From Deltaproteobacteria bacterium (GTDB lineage: Bacteria; Myxococcota; Kuafuiibacteriia; Kuafuiibacteriales; Kuafuiibacteriaceae): a DNA stretch of 64,000 nucleotides. The stretch spans positions 320,001 through 384,000 of the forward strand of contig JAVJQW010000011.1 in the NCBI GenBank assembly GCA_040218735.1, written 5' to 3'. The translations under genes and the position numbers were made by a program. The notes under the pieces are model-generated. The model was not told the DNA's origin. It made no database searches and saw only the letters and a list, made by a program, of their open reading frames with translations. Positions 9,484-19,322 of this stretch are shown piece by piece (position 1 is the stretch's first letter; the number at the start of each line of letters is the position of its first letter).

Positions 9484-10355
9484 GACGCGCCCCCTTCCAC
9501 CTTCACGATCGCGGCGCCGAGGTTGTCCGGCCAGCCCTTCCCGCTCGGCGGGCGGTCCTGCCCGGGGCAATAGATCTGCGCGCGGTCGCCGGAGAAGAAG
9601 TTGATCACCGCGAGCACGCGCGTGGTTCCGGGCGTCGCGAGCGGCACGCGTACCTTGCGTCGGATCTCGCGGGGGGTCCCTTCGAACAGCGTGACGTTGA
9701 GCATCGCCTCGGTGTGGGCCTTGTCGCCGCTCGGGTAGTAGTTCGTCGCGACGAAGAACACGCCGGTCGGCGGCGCGCGGTGCACGTAGAGGTACGGGCC
9801 GTAGCCGGGTTGGTCGAAGCCGCCCACGTCGTCGTTGAGGTAGAAGGTCCCGCCCGAGGGGCTCTCGGTGTTCGCCCAGTACACGTGCGCCATCGCGTCG
9901 ACGTCGATCGTGTCGATGCCGCGGGTCACGTCGGTGGGCTCGTAGATGTGGAGGTCGGTCCAGACGCCGTCGGTGTCGCTGGTGAGTATCGTCTTCAGCG
10001 GGACGGACGGGATCTGCGCGTACGTCGTCACCTGGGTCTGGGTGGTGCCGCCGCGGTTCGTCGCGATCGCGGTGATGACGTTCTTGCCGGCGGCCGCGGG
10101 GAAGCTGCGCTGAAACGATCCGTTCCGCGTGCGCACGAAGTAGCGATCGCCGTTGATGCTGAGCGTGATGGGATCGACGGTGTGGTCGGAGACGGTCCCG
10201 GCGACGGTCATCATGCGCCCGGCGGTCCACCCGCCGCGCGGCTGAGTGAGCTCGACCTTGGCCTTCTTCTTCCCCTGGCCGAGGGGCACGCCCATCTCGC
10301 GCGGGGGCGCGGTCGGGGCCTGGGCGAGAGCGAGTACGGCGAGAATCTGAATCAT
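9480..10355 (-). CDS. yfaP: YfaP/DUF2135 family secreted protein
   Basis: Start reassigned to ATG 10355 (MIQILAVLALAQ signal, purine-rich RBS upstream); Ig-like N-half; TDLHIYEP, GYGPYLY motifs. Confidence 0.78.
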   Translation of the reverse strand: MIQILAVLALAQAPTAPPREMGVPLGQGKKKAKVELTQPRGGWTAGRMMTVAGTVSDHTVDPITLSINGDRYFVRTRNGSFQRSFPAAAGKNVITAIATNRGGTTQTQVTTYAQIPSVPLKTILTSDTDGVWTDLHIYEPTDVTRGIDTIDVDAMAHVYWANTESPSGGTFYLNDDVGGFDQPGYGPYLYVHRAPPTGVFFVATNYYPSGDKAHTEAMLNVTLFEGTPREIRRKVRVPLATPGTTRVLAVINFFSGDRAQIYCPGQDRPPSGKGWPDNLGAAIVKVEGGAS

Positions 10356-10464
10356 GGGCACCTTCCCCCTTCGCGAGGGGAACGGGAGCATACCGCCGGA
10401 CCGTTCCCTTGAGAGGGGGGGCCTCGGTTGCGAGCGGGACAGGCGCGCGGTACCCAGCCGTACG

Positions 10465-11514
10465 ATGTCGAACCTGATCCCCGTGCGTGAGGCGCACCGA
10501 TTCGACGAAGAGCGCCTCTACGCGCACCTCCGCGAGCCGCTGGGCCTTTCCCAGACGATGCAGATCGAGCAGTTCGCGGGGGGACAGTCGAACCCGACGT
10601 TCCTGCTCACCTGCGGCGACGCGCGGTACGTGTTACGCAAGAAGCCGCCCGGGAAGCTGCTGCCTTCCGCGCACGCGGTGGAGCGCGAGTACCGGGTGAT
10701 GAAGGCGCTCGCGTCGACCGACGTGCCCGTCCCGAACGCGCGTCTGTTGGTCGAGGACCCGGACGTGATCGGCACGCCGTTCTTCGTGATGGACTACCTG
10801 GAGGGGCGTGTGTTCGCGGACCCTTCGATCCCCGAGGTCTCCGTCGACGAGCGTCGCGCGATGTACGACGCGATGAACGACACCCTCGCACGATTACATC
10901 GAGTAGATTTCGACGCGGTGGGGCTCGGCGACTACGGCAAACCGGCCGGCTACGTGACGCGGCAGATCGCTCGCTGGTCGAAGCAGTACGAGGCGTCGAA
11001 GACCGAGCCGATCGACGCGATGGACCGCTTGATGAAGTGGCTCCCCGAGCAGGCGCCGGCCGAGGACGAGACCACGATCGCGCACGGCGACTTCCGCCCC
11101 GGCAACCTGATGTTCCACCCGACCGAGCCACGCGTGATCGCGGTGCTCGACTGGGAGCTGTCGACGCTCGGCCACCCGCTCGGCGACCTCGCCTACTTCT
11201 GCATGGTCTACCGGCTCCCGCCGTCGAAGCGCGACCTCGCCGGGTTCCTCGGCCTCGACATCGAGCCCCTCGGCATCCCGACGGAGGAGGCGTTCGTCGC
11301 CCAGTACGCCGAACGTACGGGCCGCGCGGGCGTGGCCAACTTCAACTTCTTCATCGCGTTCGCGCTGTTCCGCCTCGCGGCGATCTGCCAGGGCGTCTAC
11401 AAACGCTCCCTCGACGGCAACGCGAGCGACGCGCGCGCCGGGATGTTCGGCGAGATCGCGAAGGCCCTCGCCGGCATGGCGTGGATGACCGCTCGAGGCG
11501 CCGCTGGCTCGTAG
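10465..11514 (+). CDS. Phosphotransferase family protein (APH/ACAD10-N-like)
   Basis: GGQSNPTF, VLRKKPPGKLLPSAHAVEREY, HGDFRPGN, VLDWELSTLGHPLGDL; start ATG 10465. Confidence 0.9.
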   Translation: MSNLIPVREAHRFDEERLYAHLREPLGLSQTMQIEQFAGGQSNPTFLLTCGDARYVLRKKPPGKLLPSAHAVEREYRVMKALASTDVPVPNARLLVEDPDVIGTPFFVMDYLEGRVFADPSIPEVSVDERRAMYDAMNDTLARLHRVDFDAVGLGDYGKPAGYVTRQIARWSKQYEASKTEPIDAMDRLMKWLPEQAPAEDETTIAHGDFRPGNLMFHPTEPRVIAVLDWELSTLGHPLGDLAYFCMVYRLPPSKRDLAGFLGLDIEPLGIPTEEAFVAQYAERTGRAGVANFNFFIAFALFRLAAICQGVYKRSLDGNASDARAGMFGEIAKALAGMAWMTARGAAGS

Positions 11515-11515
11515 G

Positions 11516-11548
11516 CCCCCGTAGCCCTCGCCCTTCGGGCAGTCGGGG
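11516..11548. terminator. GC-rich stem-loop between convergent genes at left edge of the low-GC island
   Basis: GCCC-TTCG-GGC core inside CCCCG...CGGGG arms; no U-tract. Confidence 0.35.
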
Positions 11549-11564
11549 TACCTCGCGCACACGG

Positions 11565-13022
11565 CTACCTGCCGCGCGTCCTCTTCAGCGTGTCGAGCGC
11601 TTTGAGAATCGGCGCCTCGGTATCGATGAGCTGCTTCGCGGACTTGGCGAGCTCCGCCACCAAGGTCTCGGCGAGGTTCCGGACGAGGCGCTCACGGGTC
11701 GCCTTCTTGTCTGTCATCGTTCGGGGCTCACCGTTGCGATAATACGTAACGGTAATGGGTGGGCCTAACTTTCGGCGAACGTAGTCGTCAACTGTGAGAG
11801 GACCATCTCGATACAGCGCCTTTCTTGCGATGATCTCGAGGAGGAGATCGCGCGCCTGAAGTGCGTCGCGCGCGGCGTTGGCCTTTCGCGCATAGTCCGC
11901 AGACTCGGCAAAGTTCATGCTCGCGCCAGAGAAGGGAGGCACGCCGAGGCAATGGGCCCACATGGCCTTGTACAGCTTACCTTCGAGCATCACGTCCGCG
12001 CGCTTCACCGCGTCCGCGGAGGCGAACATGCTGAACATGCGAAAGATGCTCGATGCCGCAGACATGTTCAACCAGCCGCCGTAGGTTGCGGTCACGAAGT
12101 CCGCGTCATCGAGCTCGCTATTGATGAGTCCGATGTAGAAGTCGGCCAGCTTCCTCATCTCCCGGTGGTTCTCGACCCACGTGCCTCTCCATAGCTTCAC
12201 GAAGTTGACGAGTGGTTCGTGCATCTGCGGTTTCGCCGTACCGGGAGGAAGTGAGCTCACGGCCACGGCGAACGTGGCGGCGCTACGGATCCGCGTGTTG
12301 CGTGTGGCCAGCCGCTTGGCGTCCTTGATGCCTTCGTCGAGCCGTCCCGCGCGTTCGAAGAGATCGAGCCGGAGCTCCGCCGTCAACCGCTGCTGTTCCT
12401 TGGCGACCGCGGTTAGCTGCTTCGTCTGCTTCGCGAGACTCTTCGTCACGCTCGCTTGCTCGGCAGCGACCTTCGCTACCGCGGGCATCCGATGTTGAAG
12501 CATCTGTGCTTGCGCGCTTGGATTCCGCAACGCCGCCGCAAGACCCTCAGTTTTCCTCATCTCCGCGAGCGCAACGTCCGCGAGGCGCTGGCTCGTGTCG
12601 TAGCTCGGAACCTTCTTCGAACTCGCCTTCGCCGGGGCAAGTAGGACGCGATTGACGGCCGCACATCGCAAGTACGAGAAGGCCGCGATCGCGATTTCGC
12701 CGATAGGGTTGAGGACGAAGAGAGCGCTCATCAGGATGTCGCCGACGGTCGGGGGCGGCTGAACGAGGCTGAGCTGGAGTTCCTTGAGTCGCTCTAGGAT
12801 CGCGGTGTCCGCCAGATCACCCAAGATGTTGGCCATGTCACTTGTGAAGTCTGCCGAGTTCTTGGTCTGCTCTCCGAGGAAACGCACGAGCGCCTTCGCT
12901 TCGGGTACCGAGATCGGCTTTCCGCCGACTCGTTCCAGCGGGCTCCTCTTCGAATCAGCGACAGGGTCGAATTCGATGACGTCAGTGAGGAGTCCCAGGA
13001 CTCTGATCATCTCGGGTGTCAT
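11565..13022 (-). CDS. Hypothetical alpha-helical protein (hydrophobic helical segment plus coiled coil), island gene 3
   Basis: 485 aa open frame in lower-GC DNA; ATG 12 nt after upstream stop; no recognised domain, no signal peptide. Confidence 0.7.
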   Translation of the reverse strand: MTPEMIRVLGLLTDVIEFDPVADSKRSPLERVGGKPISVPEAKALVRFLGEQTKNSADFTSDMANILGDLADTAILERLKELQLSLVQPPPTVGDILMSALFVLNPIGEIAIAAFSYLRCAAVNRVLLAPAKASSKKVPSYDTSQRLADVALAEMRKTEGLAAALRNPSAQAQMLQHRMPAVAKVAAEQASVTKSLAKQTKQLTAVAKEQQRLTAELRLDLFERAGRLDEGIKDAKRLATRNTRIRSAATFAVAVSSLPPGTAKPQMHEPLVNFVKLWRGTWVENHREMRKLADFYIGLINSELDDADFVTATYGGWLNMSAASSIFRMFSMFASADAVKRADVMLEGKLYKAMWAHCLGVPPFSGASMNFAESADYARKANAARDALQARDLLLEIIARKALYRDGPLTVDDYVRRKLGPPITVTYYRNGEPRTMTDKKATRERLVRNLAETLVAELAKSAKQLIDTEAPILKALDTLKRTRGR

Positions 13023-13034
13023 CTGTTGCCACCG

Positions 13035-14990
13035 CTACGATTTGAAATCCTCGGCGTCGAGCGACACATCGGTCGGAAGTTCCACATCGTCCGCGACGAC
13101 GAGTAGATCTGTTGGAATTCTCTCACGCCATGTCGCAACGACCGTTGCCTCTTCCGCGTCCTTGAGTTGCTGCAGAATGGCCTCTGCCATATCCGACGAC
13201 AGCGATGAGTCGATGTCCGGGAGGAGGCCAGTGTCGAGGTACGTCTGAACGTAGTGTTCAGCACCAAACTGCACCGGGACGACCACGTGCGCGTACCCCG
13301 CCGACAGAAACTCCCAATCGGGCGTTTCGAGCCGCGCAGTGGCGGTGGCTTTCCATCGTTCGTGATCCGCCCAGTACGACGGATAGTACGTATAGGCCAT
13401 GTTGTCCCAGTCGAGCATCGTCTCTGTCATGCGGATCTTCCGAGCCTTGAATCCGTACATGTCCGCGATGGGGATCGTGTAGTCGCTTGCCGAGAACGGA
13501 GCACCCGTGAAGTTCGGATCGTTTCCGCTGAGTCCGTCTTCGAGCAGCATCCATATGCAAGCTCGCTTGAGCTCGATGCGTTCGGTGTCACGCCGCTGTA
13601 CGCGGCTCGAGGGCTTGAATGACATCGTCTCGATGTTCTGCTCACCCATCGCGGCCGCCTCTTCGGCGCGACGGCGGTGAGACTCAGCCAGCGCTGCGTA
13701 GACCGAAGCGCGCCAGGCTCCGAACGCGGCGGCGGTACGAACGAACGTTACGCGAATTGTGGCGACGAACGAACTGAGCTGTCGCGACACGACGCTCACG
13801 GGAAGCTCGACGTCTGAATCACCGGCAACGTAAGAACTGAAGACGCCATCGCCATCGACGTCATTCGGGTCGGGAAACGCGACGGCCAACGGCGTCCGCG
13901 GAGAGTGGACGGTAGGTGCTGCCTCGTAACGACCTGAGTTGGCTTCGGACGTCGTCAGGTCGTAGAGAGGTATCGAGAGTTCACGACTCTCGCCGTTCAG
14001 CTTTCCCGGGAAAATCGCCTTCGATACGTTACCTACCGTCACCCGCGCTGCGACGTCGTTGTAGGACACGTTTCCATCGAAGTTTATTCCTCGGACCCAG
14101 TTGACGTGAATATTCGCACTCGCGGCAATGTAGCCATCTTCGCCACGGACTACGCCCTGATTGACTGTCGTCGTAGCTTTGCCGTCGTCCGTAACCTCGA
14201 ACGCAATGGATCGCACGAAAGACACCGGGGGAGGCGGAGTGATTTCGACGCCATACTGGACGCATAGGTCGAGATAGTTGTCGACGTCGATATCTTCGAG
14301 GTCGACGTCGAATCGAGACGAGGAGATCGTGTGTGCGGCTGACTTCTTGAACTCAGCGACGATTTCTTTGCGGTAGTAGTGGGCGGGCTCGGGGACGAGG
14401 ATTTCGAGCATCATTCGCGAGCCGTACCGAACCAGGTTGAACTCCTCGACCTTGTCGATCCAACGGTAGATTGCCGTCATGTGATCGTTGTCCACGCTAT
14501 TCTCGAGCGTGTGTGAGTAGGTCGTTTCCTTTTCGCGGAGCAGCCGCTGCTCTCGTCTCAGCCTCGTCTCCTTTCGAATGGCTTCAACGGCGTGCTCGAC
14601 CTTCTCTTTGGCATGTTCGGAGGCGTTGCGCTTCGATATCGCCTCACTCGTCGACTGCTCGAACCCAAAGTTCGTCGAGAAATCGACGAATCCCATGGAG
14701 CCCGACACTTCAGCGCCAATGGAGAGGTTCGTCGACTCACTGGCCTGTTCCTGGACCTCGGACTCGAGGCGGCTTCGCTGAGAAGTGCGGATCTCGTGCC
14801 GACTCTCCTCGACGGCGGTCTCTTCACTTTCGAAGACGTTCTCGCTCCGATGGAGGACTCGGCTCGTCTCGACTTTAGTTTCTCCACGGATGACGTTTTG
14901 AATGTAGGCTATCTCACCGCGAAGGTAGCCGAGCGTGCCGGACTCGAGAACGTAGAGGTCACCAAAGACCGGCTTGACTTTCCTGTTCAC
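13035..14990 (-). CDS. Uncharacterised protein with Ser/Thr/Glu-rich N-half and amphipathic beta-hairpin; candidate beta-pore-forming toxin-like protein, island gene 2
   Basis: 651 aa; GDLYV..GY..GEIAYIQNV.RGE.K, YRWIDKV...YG.RMMLE..VPEPA, DWDNMAYTYYPSYWA, FLSAGYAHVVVPV; function is inference. Confidence 0.6.
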   Translation of the reverse strand: MNRKVKPVFGDLYVLESGTLGYLRGEIAYIQNVIRGETKVETSRVLHRSENVFESEETAVEESRHEIRTSQRSRLESEVQEQASESTNLSIGAEVSGSMGFVDFSTNFGFEQSTSEAISKRNASEHAKEKVEHAVEAIRKETRLRREQRLLREKETTYSHTLENSVDNDHMTAIYRWIDKVEEFNLVRYGSRMMLEILVPEPAHYYRKEIVAEFKKSAAHTISSSRFDVDLEDIDVDNYLDLCVQYGVEITPPPPVSFVRSIAFEVTDDGKATTTVNQGVVRGEDGYIAASANIHVNWVRGINFDGNVSYNDVAARVTVGNVSKAIFPGKLNGESRELSIPLYDLTTSEANSGRYEAAPTVHSPRTPLAVAFPDPNDVDGDGVFSSYVAGDSDVELPVSVVSRQLSSFVATIRVTFVRTAAAFGAWRASVYAALAESHRRRAEEAAAMGEQNIETMSFKPSSRVQRRDTERIELKRACIWMLLEDGLSGNDPNFTGAPFSASDYTIPIADMYGFKARKIRMTETMLDWDNMAYTYYPSYWADHERWKATATARLETPDWEFLSAGYAHVVVPVQFGAEHYVQTYLDTGLLPDIDSSLSSDMAEAILQQLKDAEEATVVATWRERIPTDLLVVADDVELPTDVSLDAEDFKS

Positions 14991-15538
14991 GGCGCACCCC
15001 GCTTCAGATGACCTTCGATACGATGTAGTGCCGCAACCAAGCTCGTCGAAGGCACCACGCCTTCGACCGACAAGGCAGCCTCCGCAAGCGCGTCAGGCAA
15101 CTCATCGACCCGTGCCGTCGGGCGTATCCCGATCTCCTCGCGCAAGGCTCGGGCTGCTACAAGGGCCTGACTCGCTGGACGGCTGGAGCCACGCACGGAC
15201 GAGCGCGTCACGGGAGGGAGTCGGAGGCGCGTCCTTCGGTCCACATCCAGAGCCTGGCGGTAGCGGACGATGCGATGGCTGTCCCCGTGGATCTCGGCGA
15301 GAGCCAGGGCTTCGACAATGCCTCGCCGACTCTCTGGGTCATCGCAGCCTTCGGAGATCATGCGATCCGCCGTGTCGTAGATCCGCGAACTCCAACGATC
15401 GTAAGTGGCTGGGCTCGACCGTTGCTTCGCATGGAACGTCTCGATAAAGGACATCTCGACGTCGATAAACTCAGGCCCCGAGCTTCGGCCCAACTCTCGG
15501 GGTCGCCGCAGCGCGACATATCTGAGGACCGTTGGCAT
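14987..15538 (-). CDS. Hypothetical protein, island gene 1, translationally coupled to gene 2
   Basis: 183 aa; GGAGG RBS 12 nt upstream of ATG; GTGA stop/start overlap at 14987-14990. Confidence 0.65.
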   Translation of the reverse strand: MPTVLRYVALRRPRELGRSSGPEFIDVEMSFIETFHAKQRSSPATYDRWSSRIYDTADRMISEGCDDPESRRGIVEALALAEIHGDSHRIVRYRQALDVDRRTRLRLPPVTRSSVRGSSRPASQALVAARALREEIGIRPTARVDELPDALAEAALSVEGVVPSTSLVAALHRIEGHLKRGAP

Positions 15539-15690
15539 GGGCTGTCGTGTCCTCCACCTTCAGGATGCAGTCAAGGTGTACACGGACGACGAACTGCGAG
15601 GCCCGAAGGCAACCAATGACCGCCAGTAGCTGGCTGCTCAGATCGTGCCTCGCGATGAAGAAGGGGAGTCGACGGCGGGCAGGAGCAGCG

Positions 15691-15767
15691 TTCTTCTGAG
15701 TGATCGAATCGAATCCACCGACGACCAAGGGGAGTGCTGGCTCGGCCCCCCGAAGCATCGTCAAACC
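15691..15767 (+). mobile_element. Possible decayed IS66-family transposase fragment
   Basis: Translates LLSDRIESTDDQGECWLGPPKHRQ, resembling the IS66 motif FL.D.R...TNNxAERxLRP; lies at the island boundary. Confidence 0.3.
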
Positions 15768-15782
15768 GATCTGCGTCAACGC

Positions 15783-16499
15783 TTAGGTGAGCGCGTCGAC
15801 CACGAAGCGGCCGAGGCCCTCGAGGACCTCCATCGGGATCTCGTGCTGCCCCGAGAACGGGACGAAGCTCGCCTTCAGGCCTGCGTCGACCAGCGCCGCA
15901 TGGAGCTGCTCGGCGATCGAGAACGGGAGGATCGGATCCACGCGCCCGTGGCTCTGGTACACCGGGAGGCCGGCGCGCGCCGGCATCTTCGGCGTCCACT
16001 CCTTCTCGGCGAGGAGCGTCCCGGAGAGCACCGCGAGGCCGGCGAAAGGACGCGCGGTCCGCAGCGTGACGTCGGTGGTGAGCATCGCACCCTGCGAAAA
16101 ACCTCCGACGATCAGGCGGTCGTCCGTGACGCCGAGGCGCTCGGACACGGCGTCGAGGCACGCGATCAACATCTCGCGCGCCGACGTCAGCCCCTCGGGC
16201 ACGTCGCGGGTGAGGTCGCGGACCTGTCCGGTCATCATCGCGCGCTGCATGCGCTCCATGTCGATCATCCACCAGGCGCGCGCCGGCACGCCGAACATGT
16301 GGTCGAGCGCGAGCGGCGCCTCCGGGAAGACGAAGCGCGTCCCGGTCGGGGCGTCGATGTAGTTCGCGAGGGGGACGAGGTCGGTGCCGGTGGCGCCGAA
16401 GCCGTGCAACAGCACCACCACCGGACCGTCCCCCGAACCGCGTCCGTCGTCCCCACCGAGGATCCGGACGTTCAACGGTCCGAGCTTCTCCACCTGCAT
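15783..16499 (-). CDS. Phospholipase/carboxylesterase (alpha/beta hydrolase)
   Basis: LLHGFGA, GGFSQGAM nucleophile elbow, HGRVDPIL, GQHEI triad motifs. Confidence 0.9.
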   Translation of the reverse strand: MQVEKLGPLNVRILGGDDGRGSGDGPVVVLLHGFGATGTDLVPLANYIDAPTGTRFVFPEAPLALDHMFGVPARAWWMIDMERMQRAMMTGQVRDLTRDVPEGLTSAREMLIACLDAVSERLGVTDDRLIVGGFSQGAMLTTDVTLRTARPFAGLAVLSGTLLAEKEWTPKMPARAGLPVYQSHGRVDPILPFSIAEQLHAALVDAGLKASFVPFSGQHEIPMEVLEGLGRFVVDALT

Positions 16500-16528
16500 G
16501 GGTGCGCGGTTACCGGCGCGAGTGTGAT

Positions 16529-16552
16529 CGCGTCAACGGACCATTTGACGCG
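16529..16552. promoter_or_regulatory. Inverted repeat, candidate operator between divergent esterase and YkvA genes
   Basis: CGCGTCAA-N8-TTGACGCG, perfect 8-bp arms in an 80-bp divergent intergenic region. Confidence 0.4.
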
Positions 16553-16579
16553 CCGTTTGACTGTACGGTGAACGTGTCG

Positions 16580-16867
16580 ATGGTGAAGAAGATGAACGCC
16601 GCCACGAAGCAGCTAACGCGACGCCCCGGCGCCCTTTGGCGCTACTTCACGGACCGCGAAGCACCGATGCTCCCGAAGCTCGGGCTCCTCTTCGCGACGG
16701 CTTATGTCCTGCTTCCGATCGACGCGATCCCCGACGTCGCCCCGCTCATTGGATGGCTGGACGACCTCGGGGTCGTGACCTTGGGGATCGGCTGGCTGAC
16801 GAAATCGGTGCTGAGCTACGACGCTCGCACGCGGGAGGCGATCACGCCTCCGAAGTCGCCTTCTTGA
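16580..16867 (+). CDS. YkvA/DUF1232 family small membrane protein
   Basis: AYVLLPIDAIPDVAPLIGWLDDL signature; start ATG 16580. Confidence 0.87.
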   Translation: MVKKMNAATKQLTRRPGALWRYFTDREAPMLPKLGLLFATAYVLLPIDAIPDVAPLIGWLDDLGVVTLGIGWLTKSVLSYDARTREAITPPKSPS

Positions 16868-17312
16868 CCGCCTCGTAGTCCGGCTCCTGGCCGGGGTTGT
16901 CGGCGATCCAGCTCCAGGTGACGTTCCCTTCCTTGTTGATCACGAAGACGCTGCGCTTGGCGGCCGTGTAACCCGGCATGCCCGCGAAGTCCTCGTGCGC
17001 CACGCCGTAGTTGTTCACCATGTCGCGGCTGTAGTCGGAGAGGATCTTGAAGTTGACGCCGTTCTTCTCGGCGAACGCGGCGTTCGCAAAGGGGGCGTCG
17101 ACGCTCACGCCGAGGACTTCGGCGTCGAGGTCGTTGAACGACGCGAGCGCGTCGCGGAACTTGCAGAGCTCCTTCTCGCAGACGCCCGTGAAGGCGGCCG
17201 GGAAGAACGCGAGGACCACGCGCTTGCCGCGCAGGCCTTCGAGGGAGACCGCTTCACGCTTGTGATCGACGGTCTTGAAATCGGGTGCGGGTTGACCAAC
17301 GGCTGCTACCAT
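16842..17312 (-). CDS. Peroxiredoxin (AhpC/TSA family, 1-Cys AhpE-like)
   Basis: VGQPAPDF, FFPAAFTGVCEKE (PxxxTxxC), KRSVFVI. Confidence 0.9.
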   Translation of the reverse strand: MVAAVGQPAPDFKTVDHKREAVSLEGLRGKRVVLAFFPAAFTGVCEKELCKFRDALASFNDLDAEVLGVSVDAPFANAAFAEKNGVNFKILSDYSRDMVNNYGVAHEDFAGMPGYTAAKRSVFVINKEGNVTWSWIADNPGQEPDYEAVKKATSEA

Positions 17313-17380
17313 GGCGGCAAGGCGTAGCGAGAAGCGGGCCGCGGCGCAACGCCAAAACCACCTCGCCCCAGGAACCTACC

Positions 17381-19288
<1,908 letters not shown>

Positions 19289-19322
19289 AAGGGGCGGTTG
19301 AGGGGGGGCTGAGGGGGCTGCG

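Noticed and set aside
9484-10527. N-terminal extension of the 528-aa ORF 8941..10527
   Set aside because: Arg-rich off-frame reading over yfaP; only the part from GTG 9483 looks like a real protein (YfaT)
11515-15782. Island as a prophage or integrative element
   Set aside because: No integrase, phage structural genes, tRNA target or flanking direct repeats seen
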